Of a DNA stretch of 64,000 nt, positions 1 through 9,600 are shown piece by piece; within the stretch, counting starts at the first letter, position 1, and each line of letters begins with the position of its first letter. The stretch spans positions 2,291 to 66,290 of the forward strand of contig JBMSYN010000007.1 in the NCBI GenBank assembly GCA_049426725.1. Reading direction: 5' to 3'. Below the pieces are notes generated by a model. That model ran no database searches, was not told the origin of the DNA, and saw nothing but the letters and a program-made list of their open reading frames with translations. This DNA comes from Candidatus Kapaibacteriota bacterium. Lineage in GTDB: Bacteria > Bacteroidota > Ignavibacteria > Kapaibacteriales > UBA961. Both the position numbers and the translations under genes were made by a program.

Positions 1-376
1 CACGCATTGACAATACTGCACTTTGAGGTACTACATAATTGATGGTTGTCATCATCGAAAATGGATTCGGATAATTCGAAATAATGTTCATTCCTGAAAC
101 TGATGGGGTATTATCATCAACACCAGTTGCACCTTGCGTTATTGGACCCCAAAAACCTACATATAGTTTGTTTCCGCCCTGAGCGAATTGTCCGGCCGCA
201 TATTGACCTATTGTACCATGCATTTTCATGCCATTGCCTACTTCAGCTGACATCATTCCACCACCTGCAATCACCCAATTACTTACAGTGTAAGTCTGAG
301 CATTGAGGCTTTGGGAAGAGAAGCCTAATCCTGCAAGGATCAAAAACACAAGCATAATGCCTAAACGTGTTTTCAT
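1..376 (-). CDS. Small secreted protein with type IX secretion C-terminal sorting domain (3' end lies outside the window)
   Basis: Open-ended, so absent from the ORF track. My translation from ATG 376-374 (GGAG about 6 nt upstream): MKTRLGIMLVFLILAGLGFSSQSLNAQ (signal peptide), then TYTVSNWVIAGGG...GTIGQYAAGQFAQGGNKLYVGFWGP, then ISNYPNPFSMMTTINYVVPQSAVLSMR. NYPNPF is a typical start of a T9SS CTD. Confidence 0.6.
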   Translation of the reverse strand, partial: MKTRLGIMLVFLILAGLGFSSQSLNAQTYTVSNWVIAGGGMMSAEVGNGMKMHGTIGQYAAGQFAQGGNKLYVGFWGPITQGATGVDDNTPSVSGMNIISNYPNPFSMMTTINYVVPQSAVLSMR

Positions 377-946
377 GTGAACTCCAAATAAATTGATCGT
401 AAAACTATGTATTTCAATTACTTAGCGATTTTGAGATATATTGATTCCTGAGAACCTGGAACAATATATCGATACAATAACAGCAAAAACCGTTCCAAAG
501 TGTAATATCCTTGGATTGTTTTTTCTGACAACATCAAAATTTATCATACAATTTGTTGATTTACTTTCAACCACCTCTGTGAAGGATATCAAGAACGAAG
601 GCTGACGACCTCAAATTCCGATAACTCGCAAAGGTTATCAACATATTGCAACCTATTGATTAGTAAGGATTTGCACAAATTAGACGCTTATACTCAAGGT
701 ATAATAGGCTATTATGCACACTCTTACCATCGTGCCAAAATACAAATTTAATTACAAGACACAAAAGAAAGTTGAGATAAAAATATTATCAACAACAATC
801 AGGATGCATCATCCAGAGGAAATTTATTACACACATTTGGCATTGCATTGTCAGAAAATCAACAATGTGTGTAAACTTTTCCACAGTCTTGTCATACTAT
901 GTATGGTGTTTAGGCAATTCAAGAGACACACATATCGTGCCAAAAC

Positions 947-3787
947 CTATTTTTTTACCCTTTTCTTTTCAGAAATTGGCTGTATATAGCCACTTTTTAT
1001 GCAAAGTTCTCTGATTTCAGGGTCTTTTGTGCCCTTATGCATTAGAATTATGGTCTCTTTTGCTCTATCTGATGTATTTCCATGCTTGATGATCTCTTGA
1101 AGCATGAGCTTTTGCCTACTTCCTGATGATAATCTCATGATTTCAACCATATCCCTTGCTTTGACGGATGAATCAGCGTGAATCAAGAGTTCGTTGAGGA
1201 GATTTTTCACTTTCTCGGGGTTTTGCCCCAGAAATATGGTTTTCAGTAAAGGCAATGTCACTTTTTTGGATGATTCCATTCCTTTTATGGCATTATTTCG
1301 AACAATTTGCAATTCTTCGAAGAATGCGCTTTGAAGCAAGTCAATGGCATTTTCCGGCATTAATCTTCCAATTGCATAAGCTGCTGCACCCCGGACCATG
1401 AATTGTTCATCTTGGAGACGATGGGAAAGCAATTTGATCGCAGTATCAGGCAATACTTCGAATTCGCCCAATTGCCTTGCGGCTATGGATCGCAAACGCC
1501 ATTGTTCATGCTCAAGTAGGTTCAGCAATGGGCCAATTGCTTTTTGAATGCGTAGTTTTCCGCATTGAGTCATGGCAAAAGCCGAGACTTCCAGACTGTC
1601 ATCCTCACATGCACTCAGTAATGCTTGTTCCACCTCTTGTGGGTATGTGGTATGCAAAGCGGGAATTATGTGCTCCAAGGCGAGTCTTTCACGAGGCATG
1701 ATTGTGCCAAAATGGGCTTCGCAATAGTGCAATGCCTCCAAACCCAAAGCTATGATGTCTTTTCTTGCTTGGTCAACTCCGGATTGAAAACGCAAAGGTG
1801 CTGCGGATGCACGAATGAATAGTGAATCCATTCCAGACCAAGCTTTCCCAAAGTCCCTTTCCACGATTGATGTTTTCTCAATGATTGGTTTATCTGATTC
1901 TTTCTTGGGAAGATTGAATTCTCCATCCATGAATAATCCATAAGTGGATTGCTTCGTGATGAGATTATTCTTTTGTGTATGAGTGTGATAGTCGATTCCA
2001 CCGGCATCTGCAAAAATTCCAATCATGCCATAATTTCTTCTGAAATCAGAATAACCCATCGTATTTGACTGATTCATGGCGATATATGCATCATTACCGC
2101 GAAGATCGGTGAACAATGAAATGGCATTGGCATTTCCGGCACCGAGTGAAAGACTTTCAACGGTATAGGTATCATTGCCATATTCATCGAGCAGATAACC
2201 AACTGCTATGTCATGACCACATCCTTGCGAAACTCCATGGGAAAGATAATTGTCATCACCATCAGCATCCCAAAGCAAACCTTGTGCAAGATGCACACCT
2301 GAACCTTGTGCATATTGATATGCTTTGTATATGTCGGATCCTTGGAGATCTAGCAAACCTCCAAAGCCAAACCAATAACCGGTGCCCTGTCCGTAAATGT
2401 CGGACATATAAGCATCATTGCCTGCATGATCCATCAGCAATGCATATCCGCCTGAAGCAATGGGACGATAGCCAAGTGCCGCTCCCTGCGCGAATGATTC
2501 GAAATGATCATCATAGCGTAATACATCTTTGAAAGGACCCGAACAGATATAGGTATCATTTCCTTGATGATCGGATAGAATGCCGACACCTCTTGTACTT
2601 GCAAAAGCTTGTCCATGCGCATGAATGGAATACTTGTCATTGCCGGATTCATCGTGCATAATTCCAATGCCAAAAAATCCTGCTCCCTGTGTATTCGTTT
2701 TCGATGAATAAATGTCAGCACCGGATTTGTCATGCACATAACCAACTCCAAATATTCCTGTCCCCAATGAAACATCTCCGGCAGAATACATATCATTGCC
2801 TTCCAAGTCATGCAATATTCCAATGCCAAAATATCCTGAACCCAATGTGAAATCTCCACCACGATATTGATCATCACCAGAAAAATCAATGATGCATTGC
2901 ACAGGATGTTGCAGTGCTTGTTGTTTGCCACCTTTGATTGCATAGACATCATTTCCGGCTGGATCTAGAATCAACAGAAAATTTCCTTCATACACATCAT
3001 TTCCACTTGATCCAATTGCGATGGTCCCATAGGGAGTGTTCAAACGCAATGGCTTGAGGTCTTTCACATAGTCTTCTCGAAGTTTTTCAGCGATGGAAAA
3101 GAGCTTGGGATAAGATGCAATAAGAGAAAGTCCATGCGTAATAATGTCTTTTGGAGGATCAGCACGAGAAAAGAATTTTTTTGCCAAATCCATGCCTTCG
3201 ATTTCTGATTGCTTTAATGCATATAAAGACAATGTTTCGGATTCTTGTGAAAGCAAGAGCAATGAATCAGCTTGTTGTATGAGGAGTGTGTCTTTCAGCA
3301 ATCGCAAGCGCGATTTCTCAGTTTGTTGAATCACATAGAGTATTGGTCCAAGATATTGTCTGAGCAATACAGCTGTTGTGAGATTGGTGATACGATCAAG
3401 TGGATGCCCGATGAGTTTATCAATTTCTCCGGCAGTAAGTTCATCATGAAGATAACTCTGCGTATATGAACCAAGATGTCCATCCTGCATTATTTGTGTA
3501 AACCATGTTTCACTGCTATCATGAATCAATGCTTGTACACCTTGCACATGTTTCATTGCAATGTCACCCATGAGCATTGGATATTCAAAGAGTGAAATCT
3601 GCAAAGGAGAACGATGTTTATCCGGCTTGATGATATCATGTGGCATCGCAAGATCGATATGTTTCATGCCGAGCATGGTCAATGATGAGTCAAGGACATT
3701 GATTGCTGTCGATGGAAAACCTTGACCAAACAATTGACAAGTCATGCACATGCATGCCAGCATGGTGATGATTCTGAATGTATGCAT
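947..3787 (-). CDS. Secreted repeat protein (GNDxY 26-27-aa repeats) with C-terminal HEAT/armadillo-like repeats, function unknown
   Basis: 966-aa ORF. Start moved to Met21 (ATG 3787-3785), giving the signal peptide MHTFRIITMLACMCMTCQLFGQG, 4 nt after the upstream stop. The centre holds about 13 GNDxY repeats. The C-terminal third has HEAT-like helices (LRSIAARQLGEF, VRGAAAYAIGRL, VRNNAIKGM). No T9SS CTD at the C-terminus (ends KKRVKK). Confidence 0.6.
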   Translation of the reverse strand: MHTFRIITMLACMCMTCQLFGQGFPSTAINVLDSSLTMLGMKHIDLAMPHDIIKPDKHRSPLQISLFEYPMLMGDIAMKHVQGVQALIHDSSETWFTQIMQDGHLGSYTQSYLHDELTAGEIDKLIGHPLDRITNLTTAVLLRQYLGPILYVIQQTEKSRLRLLKDTLLIQQADSLLLLSQESETLSLYALKQSEIEGMDLAKKFFSRADPPKDIITHGLSLIASYPKLFSIAEKLREDYVKDLKPLRLNTPYGTIAIGSSGNDVYEGNFLLILDPAGNDVYAIKGGKQQALQHPVQCIIDFSGDDQYRGGDFTLGSGYFGIGILHDLEGNDMYSAGDVSLGTGIFGVGYVHDKSGADIYSSKTNTQGAGFFGIGIMHDESGNDKYSIHAHGQAFASTRGVGILSDHQGNDTYICSGPFKDVLRYDDHFESFAQGAALGYRPIASGGYALLMDHAGNDAYMSDIYGQGTGYWFGFGGLLDLQGSDIYKAYQYAQGSGVHLAQGLLWDADGDDNYLSHGVSQGCGHDIAVGYLLDEYGNDTYTVESLSLGAGNANAISLFTDLRGNDAYIAMNQSNTMGYSDFRRNYGMIGIFADAGGIDYHTHTQKNNLITKQSTYGLFMDGEFNLPKKESDKPIIEKTSIVERDFGKAWSGMDSLFIRASAAPLRFQSGVDQARKDIIALGLEALHYCEAHFGTIMPRERLALEHIIPALHTTYPQEVEQALLSACEDDSLEVSAFAMTQCGKLRIQKAIGPLLNLLEHEQWRLRSIAARQLGEFEVLPDTAIKLLSHRLQDEQFMVRGAAAYAIGRLMPENAIDLLQSAFFEELQIVRNNAIKGMESSKKVTLPLLKTIFLGQNPEKVKNLLNELLIHADSSVKARDMVEIMRLSSGSRQKLMLQEIIKHGNTSDRAKETIILMHKGTKDPEIRELCIKSGYIQPISEKKRVKK
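1985..3013 (-). repeat. Protein-level tandem repeat array, about 13 copies, period 26-27 aa, core G-N/D-D-x-Y ... (Q/L)G-x-G ... G-x-L-x-D
   Basis: Successive motifs read in the translation: GNDVY, GNDVY, GDDQY, GNDMY, GADIY, GNDKY, GNDTY, GNDAY, GSDIY, GDDNY, GNDTY, GNDAY, GGIDY. The first copy is encoded near 3013 (GSSGNDVY) and the last near 1985-2005 (AGGIDYH). Confidence 0.7.
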
Positions 3788-3791
3788 AGAA

Positions 3792-4139
3792 TTATTCTTT
3801 TGAAGCGAGGTTTGATAATTGTTCGGAAGACAATGCATGAACTTCACATAATGCCCTCAATCCTTGCCAAGTGTAAATTCCTGTTGCATGTCCATCAGCC
3901 CATGTGGCTTGAATGCCATAATTTCCAACAGGAGTGAGCTCTTTGAGTTCATTCATGCCCGGTTTGAACATTTTCATTCCGAATGATATTTTTTGTCCCA
4001 TGATTTCTTCTCCTTGGCAAGCGGCACATGGACATTGATCGCGCATTGTTTCAAGAAGAATGGTGGATGTAAATCCATCATTCCATTCAATGTGCAAAAG
4101 ATATGGTTTGGGACGATGTATTTTTGTTGGAAATGACAT
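3792..4139 (-). CDS. DUF971 family protein (gamma-butyrobetaine hydroxylase-like N-terminal domain type)
   Basis: MSFPTKIHRPKPYLLHIEWNDGFTSTILLETMRDQCPCAACQGE...GIQATWADGHATGIYTWQGLRALC matches my memory of DUF971, including the CPCAAC motif. Start placed at internal ATG 4139, 10 nt after the upstream stop. The longer 4205 start would overlap the GT-C gene by 56 nt. Confidence 0.6.
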   Translation of the reverse strand: MSFPTKIHRPKPYLLHIEWNDGFTSTILLETMRDQCPCAACQGEEIMGQKISFGMKMFKPGMNELKELTPVGNYGIQATWADGHATGIYTWQGLRALCEVHALSSEQLSNLASKE

Positions 4140-4149
4140 GGAAGAGAAG

Positions 4150-5424
4150 TTACATGTGAAGAAATACCATGACGAATTCAATACTCCAAAGAAGCGCAAG
4201 CGCAATCGGAAGAACTTTCATGGGTCCGATAAAATTCCCGTTTCGCTCATATCCGGATACTGCAGCTATCAACATGAATGGTATCATTGGTTCATGATAT
4301 CTCGCGCTGCCGAAAAATATCATGCAGGGGAGAATCATGCAGAAAAGAATCACAAAGATATGAGATTGCTGATGTATTGACCGAAAGATCGAAACATATG
4401 ACATGCCAAAAAACATCAAGATGAATCCCGGTATGAGTAAAACTATTGTCCAAGCGGGAAGTTGCATGAGTCTATCTCGATATGACATTGCATCCGTTTG
4501 AAACAACTGCAAAGGCAGATATGCATCAGAGGAAAAGAGATAAGCAATTTTCTTTGGTATCATGATAAGTGATTGCAATGGGTTTTCGGTGACATAAGCA
4601 ATGGCTTTTGAAATGCCCAATGCATTTGCTTGCATTTCCGGAAGTGAATCGAAAACATTCATGTCGGGCATGACTTTGTATGATCCATTTGCATGAGCAT
4701 TGTTGCCGATATATAGATTGATTCCCGTATTTGATGCAATCACGGGAGAGCCCATTATGTTTGCATTGCGAATCACCCACGGCATCAAGGTGAGCAATGT
4801 GCATGTGAGATAGATTCCAATTTGTGCGAATGATCTCGACTTGGATAACAAATCATGTATCACTATGCCGATGACACAAAACACCATGACAGGTCTTGCC
4901 AATATTGCAATGCCCCAAAGCAATCCTTCCAAACCACGAGCAAGATGTGAGTGATATGTGAATCGTATGTTGATGCTAAGCATCATTGCGCATATTGCAA
5001 GCGGTTCCGACATCAATGTCATTGACTGCAACCAGGTCATCGGAAGAAGCAGATATATTCCCGATGCAAACAATGATTTCTTTTTTGAGACACCACATTC
5101 AACGAGAATGAGTCCTATGCAATATGCAGTTATGGAAACAAGTAGGGATTGCAGAATAAATCCCGAAATGATATGCGGTGAAATCATGTATGCAATTGAT
5201 AGTGCAGCGGGAAATCCAATAGGACGATATGCAGTTGGTATTCCATTCACGGTATAGTCATGAGTTTCTGCAAGTCGCAATGCATGCTCATGATAATCCA
5301 GCGCATCGGATTGAGGGGGAATCGAACAGATACCTGCAATCAATGCATGAAAGATACACCCCATGATGCACATCAGGAGTAATCTTCGATTGAAATCGTG
5401 AATATGTGTATTAGAATCTGGCAT
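4150..5424 (-). CDS. GT-C fold membrane glycosyltransferase, family 39 / ArnT (PMT_2)-like
   Basis: Polytopic membrane protein. The first periplasmic loop SDALDYHEHALRLAETHDYTVNGIPTAYRPIGFPAALSIAY fits the GT39/ArnT signature (D..Y...A..L..G.Y....PT..RPPGYP). Confidence 0.65.
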   Translation of the reverse strand: MPDSNTHIHDFNRRLLLMCIMGCIFHALIAGICSIPPQSDALDYHEHALRLAETHDYTVNGIPTAYRPIGFPAALSIAYMISPHIISGFILQSLLVSITAYCIGLILVECGVSKKKSLFASGIYLLLPMTWLQSMTLMSEPLAICAMMLSINIRFTYHSHLARGLEGLLWGIAILARPVMVFCVIGIVIHDLLSKSRSFAQIGIYLTCTLLTLMPWVIRNANIMGSPVIASNTGINLYIGNNAHANGSYKVMPDMNVFDSLPEMQANALGISKAIAYVTENPLQSLIMIPKKIAYLFSSDAYLPLQLFQTDAMSYRDRLMQLPAWTIVLLIPGFILMFFGMSYVSIFRSIHQQSHIFVILFCMILPCMIFFGSARYHEPMIPFMLIAAVSGYERNGNFIGPMKVLPIALALLWSIEFVMVFLHM

Positions 5425-5432
5425 GAATGAGA

Positions 5433-5464
5433 AACAGGGAAATACCGCGAGGCATTTCCCTGTT
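5433..5464 (-). terminator. Strong hairpin between the porV stop and the GT-C start: leaky terminator/attenuator or RBS-occluding structure
   Basis: Perfect 11-bp arms, aacagggaaat (5433-5443) and atttccctgtt (5454-5464), with a 10-nt loop. On the minus-strand RNA it is followed by UCUCAUUC and then the GT-C ATG (5424), only 8 nt after the stem. Confidence 0.4.
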
Positions 5465-5486
5465 CATGATTAGTATGATGACTTGG

Positions 5487-6569
5487 TTAAATACTTCCAA
5501 TCAGCGAGAATCGCATTGTATTTCCGAGCGGATGATTTTCTTCAACAGGTATCACGAAACTGAAATCCAAATTGAAAACATCATATCGAATACCTGTTCC
5601 AACAGTAAAGAATCTTCTATTTCCGATGGAAGCTGGTTCGGAGAAATATCCGCCGCGAAGTGCGACTACTTTTTCATACCAATATTCTACACCGAAAGAA
5701 GTTTCGATGCCACCTCTTTCCCAGGCGGTGACGAATGATTTTGGTATTGGGTCATTGACAATGCTATCACGACGCACGAGCAATTTTGCCATGTCGAAAG
5801 CAAATGTCAATTTATTGAAATCATCTTCCAGAACAGTGAGGCCTATTCCAATGCGCAATGTTGTTGGAAGTGGATCGGACACATTGATATATGTGACTTT
5901 GGGACCGATATTTGCGAGATTGAATCCCAGACCTAATCTATCTCCGAGGTCCAAACCGAAGAGATCCAAATTTTCGGGACGCCAGAGCATACCCAAATCA
6001 AAAGCCAAGCTTCGACCAATTCCATCACCGGTTCCGCTTCCTTGGACATTCACCGGTGCACCCAAATTTGATTCAATATATTTCAATTGAAAACCGGCGC
6101 CGATGTCATCGGCAATACGTGTACCATAGCCGACTCCAAAAGCATATTCAAATGAGCGAAAAGTATTGAGCACTTTGCCGCTGAAATCCGTTCTTTTGAA
6201 TTCGCCCAAATTCATGAGCATGAAATTTGCATTGATTGTTCCTTCTAGCGAAGGAACATATTGACTATAAGCAGCATGCGCATAGAATAAATCCGCATTG
6301 AATTGCGGTAGCCATTTTGCATAAGCCAATGCAACTTTTTTATCATTGGATTTTGTAGTTTCAGGAACTTGAAATCCAAGTCCTCCGACATTCCAATGTG
6401 TAGCATAAATATTATCTGCCAATCCTGTCCCCACTTCCCCCATGCCATTTGCCCGTGAATCGGGCGAAATTGTGATGAATGGTACGGCTGCTTGACCAAG
6501 CATTTGCGCCACACCGCTCATCATCACCAATGCAATCATCATGCATGTTCTTGCTACATTGTTTTTCAT
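5487..6569 (-). CDS. porV: Type IX secretion system outer-membrane protein PorV (LptO family)
   Basis: Signal peptide followed by AAVPFITISPDSRANGMGEVGTGLADNIYATHWNVGGLGF. This resembles the PorV N-terminal signature (PFL.I.PDAR..GMG..G.A......WNPA). Size and alternating pattern fit a beta-barrel. It lies directly downstream of porU, as in Bacteroidota. Confidence 0.7.
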   Translation of the reverse strand: MKNNVARTCMMIALVMMSGVAQMLGQAAVPFITISPDSRANGMGEVGTGLADNIYATHWNVGGLGFQVPETTKSNDKKVALAYAKWLPQFNADLFYAHAAYSQYVPSLEGTINANFMLMNLGEFKRTDFSGKVLNTFRSFEYAFGVGYGTRIADDIGAGFQLKYIESNLGAPVNVQGSGTGDGIGRSLAFDLGMLWRPENLDLFGLDLGDRLGLGFNLANIGPKVTYINVSDPLPTTLRIGIGLTVLEDDFNKLTFAFDMAKLLVRRDSIVNDPIPKSFVTAWERGGIETSFGVEYWYEKVVALRGGYFSEPASIGNRRFFTVGTGIRYDVFNLDFSFVIPVEENHPLGNTMRFSLIGSI

Positions 6570-6624
6570 AAATAATCCATTCTATCAGTGATACTGTGTG
6601 TTTTTTTATAGTAAGGTTGGCATT

Positions 6625-9600
6625 TCATCTGTTGACGATGATTTTGCCATGAAGCATCATTCCGGAACCATTTGTCTGCTTCACATTCATTACGCAGTGA
6701 TATACTCCGACGGGAACACCTGCATTGTATTCGTCTCTGCAGTCCCAGCGATAAGTCCAGGTATGGAGTTCTTGTTTTTCAATTTTGTCTTGTTTTACCA
6801 ATCTGCCATTCAAGTCAAAAATACGAATTTCGGCTATGGTTGGTAAAGATTGATTGTGGATGAAACCAATATTTGCTTCTTGATTCGTAGGATTTGGATA
6901 CACAAAAAGACCCTCGGTGATCAAAACCGAATCATTGTCTGCAAGTCTGAAATATGTTTCTGTCTCTGAATAATTATTCCAAACATCCCAAGCTCTGACT
7001 CTGACGCTATTTGTGCCTTCCTTCAAAGTGAAGATTCGTTTTTGAGCTGTTCCTTTTCGTGCATCTGACAAATCAGCTTGATATTCCTCGGTGAGATCCA
7101 CGGGGATTCTATCTGTATTGAACCATGCTTCAATATTATGTCCAATACCTGCACCTGTTGCATTGATTGCAGTATTATCAAACAAATCAACAATCAACAA
7201 GGGATTTCTTCTCACAAGATTTCCGGGCTGGAATGTTCGATTATCGAGATATACAGCAATGGTTGGACCAATGGTATCAGGTTCAGAGGCAGATTCAATT
7301 CCACCCACGGTAAATGATGTTGTACTACCCTTTGCTGTTTTGTCATCAGAGGCATAAGCAAAACCAATCATTCTACCGCGCTTATTTGTGAATCCGATGT
7401 CTTTGGGTACGATAAAGGATCCTGTGAAACGCCCATTATTGACTTGGAATGTGCTTCGTGCAAGTATGCTTCCTTGTTCATTGATTGTATGCGTCACATT
7501 ATCAACGGGATCCTTGACTTTTAATTCAATGTCACTATCCTTTACAGTGACAAGAATGGTTCCTTTGAATGAATCATCAATTTCTTTTCCATTGCCTTTG
7601 CGAATAGTACCTGCGACCGATACAGTTTGCAATGCCTTCATGCGAATGAGCGAAGTATCAGGAAGGTTTGCATCAATCGCTGTCATGTTTATGCTGTCGA
7701 ATTGCACTATGTCATTTGGAAACTGAAGGCGCAATGATGGATCGCCGAGAATCAAATATTTTTCATCATTGTCTCTGAAGCGAAGTTGTTTTGTTTTGAA
7801 CATTGCCTCACCGAGTGTGAGATATAGTCCATTTGCATCTCGAGAAAACAAGTCAGTGTAAAACTGTTCGCAGATTTCCGCATTTTCATAAGAATAGACT
7901 AGTCTTGTAGCTGCAAAGACACCAATTGCTCCACCTCTTTCGCTGCGCACGAGGTCTTCTGCGCCAGACTCTCTTTCTGCATCATCGAATCGTGCAAAAT
8001 CGCATGTGGCTGCAGTGAGAAAAAAGAGTTTGTCTTTATTCAGCATTTGCGGGATGATGGTTTCTTTTTCGAATACTCGTTCATGAGCCCATAGGCGTGG
8101 ACTTCCATGACCAATCCAATTAAGCAATACCATTCCATTATCATTGATTTCAGAAAGAAGTTCTTGCGTGACAGCTGGTTTTCTGCGTCCATTCGACACA
8201 ATTTCTGCAGGATATTCCGCGAGATATATTTTTTCGAGAAGCATATCTTCGGGAATATAGGTTCGTGCGAGTCTTTCTGATTGACTTGTATGTTGAGTTC
8301 CTTCACTTCCTGATCCAACCGGACCATCATCTGCCACGAGGCATACTCTTTGTTGCCATGTGCCTGTCATCAATTGTTGTTCATAATGTTTGATTTTTTG
8401 AGCAAGCCACATTCCATTATCGTTTGAAAGCACGGGCATGCGAGCCATCATGATATCAATCATATTGTCTTTACCGATCAAACGAGCGAAATAATCATCT
8501 ACACATGCCGATACAGTTTCTCTGTATTCTTGGGGAGTATCATCGATTTGATATGTGGGAATGAAATTGGTCTTCGTTACTTGAATGTTTTTATAATCAT
8601 AATGTCCATCTCCCCAGAACATCATGTATTTCGGTTTTTTTGTCCAATTTTTCAATGCATGTGTTGCATAATCTCTGATTGCCGTCACATCTGTCATGCC
8701 ACATGAAAATTCTGCAAAAATATCTTTCGTTGTAACAACTTTTACTGAAGTTCCTGTTGATTCTCTGTACGCTTTGTATGCATTAGCTGATTCCAATAAT
8801 TCTTGATGAGTTATTAGAAGCATTTCTGCACCCTCATTGTCATTTCGCAATTCAGAAAGTGTTATTGATTTGATTGTCGGCGCGATGAATGCACCTGAAA
8901 CAAAATATCTTCTGGGCTTGCTTGATGATTCTGTATTGCGAAAAACATATATCCCTCCGGTTGTGGAAACATTCTCCAACAATTGCGGATGGCGTGGATT
9001 GGAGATGTCGAATCCGAAGATGTTTTGTCCGGTAAATCCCGATACATTGTACTCTGTTCCACCATTTTTTTTCAGATCTGAATACACTTCCAATTCATTG
9101 TTGAATGCATTGAGGGTGCGTGGATACAGGATTTCAAACCAATCCATGATGGCTGTTGAAGCGGGGCCACCCAAAGGACTTTCATAGGAGAATCTGAGAA
9201 CCGAACGATTATCTTGTGGAATCAATGTTGAAGGGAATCGTATCTCTTGCAATGGAGTTCCTTTTGCTTCTGTATAGCTATAAGGATTATTGAAAGGATT
9301 GGTTCCGGAGATATTCACCACATCAATTTCTTTTCCTTGTTCACTTACTATCAATGTACCGTCTTGTTTTGTTTTGCTAACGACTCTATATCGATATGTG
9401 ATTGAATCAGTTCTTGCCAAATCTTGAAGAATTGTAGTGTATGTTCTTGGGGAAAGTGATTCAATTGTTTTTCCGAACCAGATTCTACCTGATGGTGCTG
9501 AGAATGCATTCATCAATTCTTCTTCATTGAACATGCGTGAGGTGAATGTTGAAGGTCTATGAGCAATGGAATCTGCCGGAATGGTTGGCAATGCTTTTGC

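Noticed and set aside
865-933. 8-bp inverted repeat atgtgtgt / acacacat separated by 53 nt.
   Set aside because: The arms are short, of simple sequence and far apart in an AT-rich spacer. This is compatible with chance.
714-989. 91-aa ORF in the long non-coding region, overlapping the 3' end of the repeat/HEAT gene.
   Set aside because: The peptide is AT-rich junk with no SD sequence, and it overlaps a convergent real gene. It is not supported.
3792-3847. Apparent 56-nt overlap between the DUF971 ORF and the 966-aa ORF, and the similar 4150-4205 overlap.
   Set aside because: Both are resolved by internal start codons (3787 and 4139). These give a proper signal peptide and the family-typical N-terminus, so no real overlap or frameshift is needed.
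5572-6090. 172-aa plus-strand ORF antisense to porV. Also the alternative-frame ORFs at 2116-2532 (+) and 2434-2952 (-) inside the repeat protein gene.
   Set aside because: They are shadow ORFs. The porV and repeat-protein frames carry the recognisable motifs. The alternative frames are His/Cys/Met-rich nonsense generated by the periodic repeat DNA.
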